Assembly: GCA_051294375.1 (NCBI GenBank)
Contig: CM119271.1
Coordinates: forward strand, 3,441,061 to 3,505,060
Direction: 5' to 3'
From: Paraspadella gotoi
Taxonomy: Eukaryota > Animalia > Chaetognatha
Length of the DNA: 64,000 nt
Both the position numbers and the translations under genes were made by a program. Under the pieces are notes generated by a model. The model saw only the letters and a program-made list of their open reading frames with translations, ran no database searches and had not been told where the DNA came from. Below, piece by piece: positions 1-11,605 of this stretch (its first letter is position 1; every line of letters begins with the position of its first letter).

Positions 1-76
1 ATATCGTCGATAGCGTTAACACGGTCAAGAAGAATACCGACGCGCCCCCGATCACGAGCAGTTCGAAAACCACCAT
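1..76 (-). CDS. 5' end of an unidentified gene running off the window; hydrophobic N-terminus (MVVFELLVIGGASVFFLTVLTLSTI...)
   Basis: ATG at 76-74 in GCCATGG context, exon-like GC content, open to the window edge, signal/anchor-like residues; acceptor-like TTTTATATTACAG at ~154-166 upstream. Confidence 0.5.
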   Translation of the reverse strand, partial: MVVFELLVIGGASVFFLTVLTLSTI

Positions 77-1830
77 GGCTCCGTTTTTTTTTGTAAGCAA
101 TGATGAGACGAAGCCGTTTAAAAATAAATCCTCGACATTTTAGAAAATGAAGGCTGTAATATAAAATATCGTATAAAATATTTTTTATTATTACGAATAA
201 AATCCTATTGCTAGAGTAAAAATAGAAAGTTGGAATAAATTCGCTTTATTTTTATCCATGGGGTTAATAAAATTGAGACACTGCTGCCCTTTACTGGAAG
301 ATCATGACAAAAATATTAGTTCAAAAATAAATTTAATAAAAAATCAAACTGCGGCTGGCACGAACATGCGACCAGAACCGGCAGCCGCACTGATGAGCAA
401 AATGTTTAAATTAAAAACGTTTGACTTGCTTAGTCTAATCGATAAGTCCGTTTCTTGGATGTTAAAAGGATGAAAAGTAATTTTACAATGAAATGACGAA
501 TAGCCAAAAAAAAAAACAAAAAAAAAAAAAAAAACAAACTTTATAATGCCCTAACTCCTATTGAAATTTTCAGGTTTCTGAAATATTTCATCATGAAGAA
601 AATAAAACGAGAAATATTTTTCCCGCACGTTAGCAATACTATTAAATACATTTTTTTCATCAGTGTTATGACTAAAAGTGACAGACCCAGTTTCTTCTAT
701 TAAACTTTCTCAAAGAGCAAAATATCAAACTAAGATCTAATAATTCTACATGCAAGATGCATACTTTCTTAGAAGATTTTACGAAATGTAGTTATGGAAA
801 TATAAGTATATAAACCCATAACGAATTAAAACAAACATGCACACCGGCACATTCTGAGCAAAACAATCATTACTAACTTAATCAAAGTTTATTATGCAAA
901 CATGAAGTAAATCATTTATCAGAAAACAAAGTCAAAGGTACGTAGTGGAAGACAAAATCAAACTAATGCATTGCATAACATAAAACCTCGTCAATCGTCA
1001 TGTAATACGAAATTACTGATCGCATTTTGTGCGAAGTTGTAGACCACCGAGTTAAAAACAATCGCAATGAAAAAATTCCGAAAAAGGAATCGGTTTAAAA
1101 AGCAGGTAAAAATGTATATGGGATTAAAGACTAAGAGTAAAATGTTAATGGCACCAAGATGTATTTCTACCCAATATGAAAAACGGAAGGCCATATGGAG
1201 ATTAGCCAGAATAAAAAATAAAATAGTAGTAGGCGATGATGGCAACAAAATAAGGCAAGTTTTTGCAAATGAAGCTAACGAAAAGGGAGTTAAAACGCAA
1301 ATAACCCTATTCGAAAGCTTAAAAGTTTAATAATAATAATTAAAATAAACAATTTACGTGGAAAAAATAAAAAAGATAATGACCAATGCCTTCAAAAGCT
1401 AACGGCAATTTAAAAAAAAAACTGATAAAAAAAAATTACTTTTTAATTAATAATTATGCGTATAATTCAGTAATCATATGTGATACTGTAACAAAGCCGA
1501 GGGCAAAAACACGTTTATGAGATCATACATGTCAACAAAACCTCGAGTTTCGTTAATGTAAAAAGGGGTACAATCCCATTTTTAAATAATTACGTGTCAT
1601 TATCAATTTAAAGAAATTGCCGTCCAGTTTAATCAAGTATGAACGCTTGAACGATAAAGGTTAAGAAGAAATGGTTAATTTCGACCTACTAAACCCGAAA
1701 AGCTTATTTATAAAAGACACCGCGCGTTCACATTATTATTATAATTAAATTAACGCTAAAAATGAAAATGGTTCGAAAGAGCGAATTGGGAAAGATAAAG
1801 TTTAAATCGTATTCATTTTTTTTTCATTTT

Positions 1831-4800
1831 TCATTTTAATCTCCAGACTAAAACGAAAATGAAAAACTTAAGAGATGGAGAGAGAAAAAGGGAAGAAGAA
1901 GAGTTGGGATCCGAAGTCGCTTCGTTCGTTTTCGCCTCCGCCATTTTAAGTTTTTTCGGCTCAAGATCCAAAACGAACAAGGGGCGTTCGACTTCGTCGT
2001 CGTTTTTGGCGTCGACACCTTCGTCGACCATCTTCGGCTTTATGAGTAAATCGCCGCTGACGACGGAAACGACTCCGTTTAGTCCGTCGATCGCTTCGTC
2101 GGAAGACTCGCGCGCAGCCGACGGCGTCGTCGGCGCCGGCGGGTTCCGAGGAGCGCTCCTCTTGGGCTGCGGCAAAAGCGGCGTCGTCAACAGAATTTCG
2201 GCCACTCGACCTTCGCCTCGAGACGACAACGCCGCCACGCGGAATACGAAGTCGGCGCCAGTTTCCAAATGGGGAATCTCGACGGAAGTCACGTTGGGAG
2301 GCAGGCGCTAGCGGAGAAAGAAGGAAATGAAAAACGGATCCGCATTCGATCAGCAAAAAATAAAAACTAACCCTCCTGACGGCGGTTTCCTTGTCCAGCA
2401 GCGGGTGAGGGCTGAAGGGGGAATAGAATCCCCCCTCGGTCCGCCGCCGCCGCTTTCCCCACAAGAGGTTCCATCCCGTCAGCGATTTGGCCGGCCAACC
2501 TTTGGGAAAGTCCCAGGAAAGCTTGACGACCACATCGTTCCTGGTTACCTGAAAATCGCAAGGAGTCGAGGGGGGAATAACGATCGATAAACCACAACCA
2601 ACACCGGCCACCACGAGCCCGGACACTCACCCTGTACTCGTAGGCGAGGGCCTCGGGCCTTTGAGGTAGATGAGAAGAGAGGGCGTTGGTCTCGAGGCCG
2701 CATTGAGGTTCGATCCGGCCTCTGACCAACGTGTCTTTGCATCCGAGGACGTTGACGGTCACGCGGGAAATGGGACCGCGTTTGCCGCTTGACGAAACGC
2801 CTTGGACCTGGGAAGAGAGAATTGAAAAAAAAAAAGAAATAAGAAAAAAAAATAATAAAAATGTATTTGGTACCCTATTCCTCCTCCTTCCCTCCTTTCG
2901 GGCATTCCCGCCCTCAAGAACCTGAATATTGTAGCGACAATCGAATCGCAGGTCAAAGACTGTGAATCTGTTGTCGCTCGTCGTCGTCGTCACGGGTTTC
3001 GTCATCAGCGAATCCAAAGAGCCGCCGATGCAAACGTCAGGCGACCAGTGAATCATCATCTGAGAATAAATGAGGAAAATGAGTTTTGTCTTTTGTTTTT
3101 TGTTTATCACTTTGAATAGCAAATAGAATATTATATTTAAATATTTAACTCAAAAATATTTTAACAAATAAATAGAATAATAAATAATAGTTAGTTTAAA
3201 TCTAAAAAAAATAAAAAAATAAAGATAGTGAAACAAGTAATTTTTGCCCAGTGTGGCGGTATATTTCACCACGCCGCCTCACGTCCACAATCCTTCAGCC
3301 AAATCCATTGGCTCAGAGGGGGAAACACCATCCCAGGCGTAGTGTTCCATCCACAGTCCTAACGACTTCCCTCTGCGTTGGCAAAGCGAGACCGTCCTAG
3401 GGTAACGCGCCAGTGACTGGATGCGTCACTGAGGGTCGGAAGCCCCAAAGCCAACAGTGAGATGCCCATCCCAATGGGCATCACAGGCAACCCGGCTGTT
3501 GCCATAAGTGGTGAGCCCTACTATCGAACACCAACCTTCTCAGGGTACGCTACGACAAACGCCTATGCCCTGCCGACTTCGGGTACGCTACGACAAGCGC
3601 CTATGCCCCTGGGGTACGCTACGACAAACGCCTATGCCCCCACAACTCGCCGCTCTCTCTCTCTCTCCCACTATGGTAACAGTCTTGTCAGACACCTCTC
3701 AGGCTTGAGGAACTGAGTGATGTCTTGGCCCGGGGATCCTGGCGGTATATTCACAGCCTCACGTCCACAATCCTTCAGCCAAATCCATTGGCTCAGAGGG
3801 GGAACACACCATCCCAGGCGTAGTGTTCCATCCACAGTCCTAACGACTTCCCTCTGCGTTGGCAAAGCGAGACCGTCCTAGGGTAACCGCGCCAGTGACT
3901 GGATGCGTCACTGAGGGTCGGAAGCCCCAAGCCAACAGTGAGATGCCCCATCCCAATGGGGCATCACAGGCAACCCGGCTGTTGCCATACCAGTTTCATA
4001 AATCGAATAATATTTTTTGCCGCCCGAATTAACCTTTCTCAACTCGGAACTTGTTCTGCTTACGTCTGCGGTAAAATTTTTAACCTCGAATAATTAAATA
4101 GATAAATATTTTTTTCAAACGGACCTGGCGCGTAGCGCCCTTGTCTCGGGGCGAGTTCCACGCTAGATCGACCCTAACCAATCCGTTCTGAAAGTAAGGG
4201 ACGCCGGCGGTGAGGTTCTCGACGAGCGCCGGAATCGGCGAGTCCAGGGCGAGATCGATCACTGCGTCGATGAGTCGTTGGCCCGAGGGGTCGAGACGGG
4301 GCCGCGCCGCATCCGAGTGGGGTCGCTTAGGATCGTTAAGTATTCTAGCGGGGTCGACGACGCGGGGCTGGGGCGATGGGCGTGGAGACACTGGCGCCTC
4401 GGCCTGGAGTCTCTGTGGGGCCGAGACTCGAGCCTCGTCTGGAGGACAAAAATCATCGTTAATCTTTGGTTCTACGATCATGTTTACCAAAAAACTCACC
4501 TCCATGCGTGGAAATGACGACGTGAGTTTTCTTGCTCCTTAGTTTTCTTCCTCCGAACTGAATGACCGCCTGCACTTGGACCAGATACACGGACGATCCT
4601 TCCAGATTTTTGAGAACGAACTCGGAATTTTTTCCCGATATCGTTTTCTTTCCGTCCTTGCGGGGGGGGAAACCAAAAACGTAATTTGGAGTCGTGACGA
4701 ATCGGTTAAAGGGTCAATCAGACGAGCAGACGAGCAGACGAGCAATCAGACGAGCAACTGACCTTTTGTTTGCGACGCAAGACGCTTTGACCCTTGATCT

Positions 4801-6308
4801 GTTTGTTCCAAAAGATCTTGTATTTGGAGATCGGAACGTCAGCGTCGCTCGGGGCGTCCCAACGAATTTTAACGAAGTGTTTTCCCGATTTTACCTGAGG
4901 AATTTGGATGATTTAGTGAAGATATAGTGCGTACTTACTACTTAGTTCTTTTGAAAAAAAAAAATTTATACATATACAATAATAACAAACTATAACCCGT
5001 TAAACTCGTCCCCCTAACATATACCATCGAAGAGACGGCCGTCAGATTGGACGGCGCCGACGGTGCTTTCGGCTCTGTCTGCAGACGAAACGGCGACGCG
5101 GCTTCAACGAAGCCGGCGCCGCCCCGGACGTCGACGGCGGCGACGCGAAAGGTGTACCAATGACCAAGTTCCATCTCCTTGACCGTCGCCTCGGCGCCGT
5201 TCACCACCAATAGGGGACTTTCCCAATCCTTTCGATAATAAAAGTTTTTTTTAATTACTAATATTAGGCTACAACTTCTTCACATTAAACATTAAATGCG
5301 TCAACCTTCGGCAGCAGGTGCCTGTTGAACGACTGGCCGGCGTGGTGCTTGCACTGCACGATGTAGACCGTGGGATTTTCGGCAAAGTCGAGCCGACGCG
5401 GCACCGACCACTTGACCACTGCCGATCTCGAGCCTTTCTTCTTTTTGCCGATCACTGAGAAAGGGGGGAAGAATTGTGTAAAGCTACTGCATATAAACAT
5501 TCTATACGTTTAATAACAAACTTAGAAGCATGAACCTTTAACGTTGCGCGGTTTGGGTGGATAAGCGCCGAGATCGACGCCCACAGGCTTCTGACAAGAC
5601 GTTCCGCATCCGTTGGGGCAGCATTTGAGACTCTCGTCGCCGTCGTCGGCGTCGCAATCTCGGTCGCGCTCGCAGGCGTTGATGCAGACGGCCGACGTGG
5701 AGCGGGCGCCCGGCGCGGGGCAATGACCAGGATTGGAGACGGCAGGCCCGATCTCGGTCAAGAAGGCGCAAGTGGCCAAGCAATCGTCCTCGTCTTCCTG
5801 GCACCATTCCGAACACTCAACTGGAAGTGAAAATTTTTTTTTTTTTTAGTTTCGAGCTTAAAAGAAAGACAGCTCCCCCCCTCCCCCCTTTCAATCTTCA
5901 CCTTGGTCTAGTCTGCTGATAAGATCGCAGGGTCTGGAACAGGCGGCACAGGTCCGATCCATGAGACAGGCCTTGAGCACGTTAGACTTGCTCGGGTCGC
6001 GTACTCGCGATCCGCTCGAGTCCAAACGACGCAAATACTCGTCCAAATTGGCAAGACATCTGGCGCGACAACGGGTGGCGGCGATGAGATCGCTCGCCGA
6101 TCCATCTAGTCAAGGAGGGGGGCGGGGGGGGAGAAAATGGAGATGAAAAAATTATTAAAACATTTAAAGACTCAAAAAAAAAAAAACAACAAAAACTAAT
6201 CCCCTTACCACGTTTGGCGGGTCGCGACGGAGCGACCGCGCCCAGAGAGACTAGTAAGAATAAAAAATTCCCGACGATCAGCGACGCGGAATTTCGTGGC
6301 AATTTCAT
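1831..6308 (-). CDS. ANOS1: Anosmin-1/KAL-1 homolog (signal peptide, Cys-rich box, WAP domain, FN3 repeats, hydrophobic C-tail); multi-exon
   Basis: Spliced translation gives TRCRARCLANL...CLMDRTCAACSRPCDL, WAP motif GHCP...CINACERDRDC...KCCPNGCGTSCQKP, and FN3 motifs (WYTFRVAAV, IRWDAP, FVFRVAAL); GT-AG introns. Confidence 0.9.
3252..3989 (+). mobile_element. Non-autonomous miniature LTR retrotransposon (TRIM) with tRNA-like Pol III boxes in its LTRs, in an anosmin intron (family 1)
   Basis: Two ~250-bp direct repeats (3252-3506, ~3738-3989); outer termini TGTGGC...GCCATA; TSD CCAG (3248-3251 and 3990-3993); PBS-like TGGTGAGCCC at 3509-3518; CGGGGAT before the 3' LTR; A-box-like TGGCTCAGAGG (3309) and B-box-like GTGTTCCATCC (3342). 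Confidence 0.85.
3543..3639 (+). repeat. Three 28-bp repeats GGGTACGCTACGACAA(A/G)CGCCTATGCCC in the TRIM internal region
   Basis: Copies at 3543-3570, 3581-3608 and 3612-3639; ends GGGTA/TGCCC can pair. Confidence 0.9.
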
Positions 6309-6950
6309 GGTTGAATTTGATCAGAAAGGAAATCCATTATTGGCACAGAATATGAGAAATTCATAGTTATCATTGTAAAGATTTTCCTTTTCTTTATGGC
6401 GGAAAATCGAGAGCGAGTATCGCGACGTGCAACGAGAAAACGCAGCGAGCGTTTTGATTCCAAGTCATGGCTGTTATTTTTTTTTTTTTTTCTTTTTTTT
6501 TTGTTGACAAATTAAGTGAAAGGTGTGGGCGAAATAGCCCCAATAATAGTTATTTATAGGGCATATTACATTACATAAAGTTAAACCTGTAAAATTAGGT
6601 AATAAACAAAACATAACTACAGCAGATAACTGTTTAGGAAGGCGAAACGGATATAAAAAAATAAGGCTAAGGTTTCCAGATATATATTGTTGTAGTTTGT
6701 AACTTTGTACATAGTACGAATAACAGGAAAGAAATTGATTGAGGCGCAAATGTAAGGCTAACTGTTTCAAGTAATAGTATAATCAAACATAACTAGTTTT
6801 AACCAACAGAGGTTCAAGGAACAACCGTGAAAAAAAACCGACAGTAAAACGCCAAAAAAAAAAAAAAAAAAAAAAACGATCGAAGAAAACTGTATAAGAG
6901 TAATTCGGTGGAATTCTCGATTCGATCCTTCTCAACCCCGGATTCAGTCT

Positions 6951-7807
6951 TCAGCATATTTTGGAGGCTTCGGCGGCAAAGTCGACGTCTCTCAGGGCGA
7001 AGTTGACGTCGTCGACGGCGACGTTGAGTCTCACGCGACGGTGGATATCGAGTTTCCCGGCTTCGAGGAGGAGAAGGCGGGAGTCGTTGAGGTGGTTGGC
7101 GATCGTGGAGAAGTCGCTCATCCGGAGGACGGGGAGAGCTGAAAATGTAAAGGGGGGGGGGAATTGTGTTAATATGCAAAGCGTCGGTTGTTTATGGTTT
7201 TGGGGGGTTGACAGTTTTGATTTAATTGTTGACTTATCAAATTGAATTAACTTCTTGCATTAATTCAATTTTTTTTAACATCTTTTTTTTTTGCAGAAAG
7301 TTTTCTGAAGTAGGTTAATGCAGATAAAAATTTGTTCAATGTCAACTACCCATTTCTTCTCACCCTCGAATCGGCAGATGGCTTTGTGATGTTCGAAGAC
7401 GCGATGGAACAGGGCTTCCTCGACGCCGCGCTCCCGAAACTCGGCGACGACGGCGCGGAGCAGGATCTGCTCCTGCAGCGAGGCCGCCTTCATGGCGACG
7501 ATCAACGGGGAAGAATACATCTCGTCCAACGCCTGTTGCACGTGGGAGATGGAGACTTGGATCTGGCGAAGACGTGGGGGAGGAGCAAGTTACTAGTCGT
7601 GAATTTTGTTATAAGTTTCGAGATCATCTTCCTCTTAACTCGGTCGTACCTTTTTACCCAGTGCTCCCCTCTCGGCGATCTCGGTGGCGCGCCGACAAAT
7701 GTCGAGAGCGCGGCGAGCATCGCCCGAAACCGCAGCCACTTTTCGGGCGGCGAACTGAACAGCCTCCTCCGAAAAGCACTTCAGGCCTGGAAGAAAGAAA
7801 AAGAATT

Positions 7808-7851
<44 letters not shown>

Positions 7852-10800
7852 AGTTTTAATGTTTAAAAAAAAGGGAAAAAATGAATCCTCCTCTCACCGG
7901 TCGTCCGCGACACCACGATCTCCTGCAGCTGCTTGAAAGTATACGGTTGAAAGATGAGCCGAGTGAGTCCGAGTCGACTCGCTACTCTATTCATCAGCAC
8001 CCGCTCCGGCAAGTCCATCGTGTTGGCGATAGCGAGAACGGTGAGCCGCGCCGCCGAGCGAGAGGGCCAATCGAAGACGTTGTAGAGAACGTCCTGCTTG
8101 GGCGTCATCAGGAGGTCGAGCTCGTCGACGAGGAGAACGACGGCCGGACGTCGGGATGACGTCGCCGAAAATCGCTTGTCGAGGAGGGTGCACGCGTGGT
8201 CGGCCGTCGCCTTTTGGCCTTTTTAGTTTTGTCATTAAGGAAAATTAAAAAAAAAAGTTAAGAGAAAATTACAATACGTACTGCAACCCAATATCACTCT
8301 GAAAAAAAAAAAAGCGTTTTACCCGTCAACTCCTTGTGAATGGCGACGTAGGCCTGGCGCGGATCCGTCAACCTCATCCCGTTGATGTCGATGAAGAGAA
8401 ACTCCCCGACTCTCCCCGCAGTCCGCTCCGTCGCCAGCGCCCGCATCACTTCGCGCGCCGTCGCAGTCTTACCGGTGCCTGGAACGCCGCTCACGTACAT
8501 GCAGCCGCCGACGCCTGAAAAAATATTTGTAAATTTATAAGAAAGATGATCATTAATTGAATATGTAAAAATATAGATTGCGGAAGTGTCTTGATTTAAA
8601 GCTTGTAGGGCCCTTCTAGGTTATTATCTTGTAAAAAAAGATGGGTGCTTTAACATGTCCAAAATCAGGGACATGATTAATTCATTGAATGAATCGCTAA
8701 CTTATATTATATTGGTTTTTATCAATTTTTGAATTTTGGAGTAAAGTAAAACTGAAACAAAAACGTTAACTCACCCTCTGTCAGGTTCCCCTTTACAAAA
8801 TTGAATATCGTCTCGAACTCGTTGTCCCGACACGGAAGCGAATCGGGCACAGCTGAGACGTGCAGCCTCGCCCGCGCCGCCTCCAACTGGTTGCCCGGCG
8901 CCAACACGGACGTGGCGCGAGCCTTTGTTCCCGGTGTCATGTCACGGGCCCGCCTCGAAGGCGTCGGTGGATTTCGCTTGGGCGTTGTGAAAGGCTTCGA
9001 CGGCGTCGCGGCCTTTGTCTTCGTGGGCGTGCTTGTCGGCGTCGTGGCGGGGGAGTTCGTCGCCGGCGCAGCTGATGACCTCCGAGACCGTTTCGACGGC
9101 GTCTCTCGTTTAACCTTTTGCGGGGTTTCTCTTCTCGTCTTTTTCGGCGTGGTTTGATCTTCGAAGGCGGCGACGGCGGCGGCGCGGCGCCGCTTGACCG
9201 GACTATCGTCCATCGAGGGTGAGATCTCGGTGTAATCGACAGGAATACGTCGCGAACGAGTCGGCGTCTCTCGACCGCGCGAGGGCGTGCGACACCCGCG
9301 ACTCGGCGTTTGCCGGCGAGTCGGCGTCGCCGAGGCGGCGGGCGGGGTCGATGGTTTGGCGGGACTCGCGTCCGCGCTTTCCATGGCCTCGGCTTTCTTT
9401 GCCGGAGTTCTGCGGCCTCGCGGCGTTCGACGGACGGGCGTCGATGGGAGCGGTCGCGTCGGAGTCGTAGGTACGGATGGCGCGGTTTTAGTAGGAGTTT
9501 TTGACGCCGGTTCATCTTCGTGATCTTTGTCGGGTTTCCCTCTTCTCCTTGGCGTTGTCCTCGTGGACGGACTCGCATCCCGCCGAGGCCGTTGGGGCGT
9601 CCGTTTCAAAGGACTCGCGTCCCGGTTTTGAGTGGCCGACTCCGGCGCCTCTTTCGTTTTCTCCTTTTTCTTAGCGACGGGAGAATCGAAGGCTTCGTCG
9701 ATAAAGTCGTCGATGGCCTTCATGTCGAAGGCGGCGTGAGAGGCGACGAGCGGAATCGAGGAAGACCGCGACGACGCAGAAGACAAACGGCGCGAGAAGT
9801 TTCCGATAGGCGCCGTCGATGCTGGTCCCTTTGATCCCACGGAAGACACCGAGAAAGGCCGAAGCGCCGTCTTCGAAGAGTTCAAGCTTTGCTCGACACA
9901 GTCCAGAGGCACAGCCTTAAGTTGTTGTACGATTTTGTTAATCGACGCTTTACCATCTTTTGTATCGCAAACGGTGTTTTCCTTTGTCTTCTTTTTGTTG
10001 TTGTTGTTGTTGTTGTTTTCTACGTTCTCTTCGTCGGAATCGCTCATGAGATGATCCACGACGGAGTCAGTCTTGAACTTTTGTTTCGGTTTGGCGGAGG
10101 TCAGATCCAAACGGCGGCCCGGGGATACGATTGGCTCGGCTTTTTCCTCTTTCGCATTTTCCACCTTCTTTCTTTCTCCGACGTTTCCCGAAGACGAGTG
10201 TAACTTGCGAGTGGCGAGACAAGAACTCGCGTCGGCCTTTTTCGTGAAGAAAGGCGTGTCGGCAGTGCTCTTAGAACGATCCTTGACGAGGGTGATGGAA
10301 GGCAACGGGGTGAAGTTGGAACCGGCCGTCGACGATGAGCCAAGGGTTAACTTCCGACCCTTGGCCACGTAGGGAATCGTCTCGTCGAGGTCCGCCCCAC
10401 TCGAAGATGGACGGGACGTTCGAGAGATTTGCTTGATGCGGTCCATCATCGTCGTCTGGTCGACGTTCTTGATTTTAGGCGCGACGGAGGCGTCGTTTTC
10501 GTCCGGTAGTCGACGAGGAGGCGCGGCGCGGTTTTCCTTATCGCCACAAGCGTCAAAGTCCCTGGCTAGGACGCGGGGCGACGCGCGAGATCGGGAGGGA
10601 GTGGCGCCGCGGCCCGTAGTCGAGGCGCTGCGGGGTGTGCGTCGTCCGGAGGTCGGCGCTTTCCCGACGGGGCTTTTGGATTCGATGCGACGGGATGGAG
10701 TCTCCCGTTTGGGTGTCTCTTGCTTCGGCACGCGTTCGCCGAGGGGCGTGCACCGTTTAGGGGTTGCCCGTCGCACGGGAATTCTTTCAGGGGACTCCAT
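6951..10800 (-). CDS. ORC1: Origin recognition complex subunit 1 (long SP/TP-rich disordered N-terminus, AAA+ and winged helix; no BAH domain seen)
   Basis: [24 protein letters not shown], Walker [44 protein letters not shown]; stop TGA at 6953-6951. Confidence 0.95.
7809..7849. repeat. (AAT)n microsatellite in an ORC1 intron
   Basis: Directly visible. Confidence 0.95.
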
Positions 10801-11311
10801 TTTTTCAGTTAGACGAATTTAAAGACGTTTTTAAAATAATAACCTAAGCTTAACTGCGAGGGAAATCATTAAAAAACTGGCCATAAAGAGAAAAAATGTA
10901 TATGAGGACTGAGAAGTGAAGAGTAAATACATATACTTTATTAAAGATAAACCGTTATTGCAATTAAATTAAATTTTCAACATGATTGTTCATCACAAAT
11001 ATAGCACCAAATCGATGACAGACGAATATACGAGTAAAGAAAAGCTATTAAATTGGGAGTTAGATTGCCACCTAATTGATAATCAGCGCGTGTAAAATTT
11101 AATTAGGAAAGTGCGTTATATATAAATGGGGGCTAATCTATTTCTAAGATCAAATTAATGTGAAAAGGTCTCTACCATAATGAGACGCTCCAATTCTTCC
11201 AACGTTTGTTCTCATTAATCTGAAACGTCAGAAAAACGAAAAGAAAAAAAAATAATAAGCAACATTAAAATTGTTTGAAACAGAGTTTGATTTGAAATGA
11301 TTGTTCGTTGA

Positions 11312-11600
11312 CGGTCGTATTTGACAGCGCTATGGGCGGCAAAACAGGAATACGAATGAAAAAAAAAGATGTAATGGTGTAGAGAATTCGTTTTATTTCT
11401 AGTTCTCTCAAAGTTTTTTTTTAGCACATTGACATTTCCATCGTCGCGACTCGTCGGTCGTATTTGAAAGCGCTATGGGCGGCAAAAGGCGAATACAAAT
11501 AAAAAAAAATGTGATGGTGTAGGAGAATTCGTTTTTAATTCTAGTTCTCCTAAAGTTTTTTTTTTTTTTAGGTCACAGTGACATTTCCATCGTCGCGACT
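11312..11600. repeat. Tandem duplication (~143-bp unit, 2 copies) directly after the glycerol kinase stop codon
   Basis: CGGTCGTATTTGA.AGCGCTATGGGCGGCAAAA...GACATTTCCATCGTCGCGACT at ~11312-11451 and ~11455-11600. Confidence 0.9.
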
Positions 11601-11605
11601 TTATT

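Noticed and set aside
349-460. Hairpin followed by CTGATGA as a possible hammerhead ribozyme
   Set aside because: No stem II-GAAA-stem III arrangement could be built
3543-3639. 28-bp repeats as a CRISPR array
   Set aside because: Spacers are only 10 and 3 nt, the context is a eukaryotic intron inside an LTR element, and there are no cas genes
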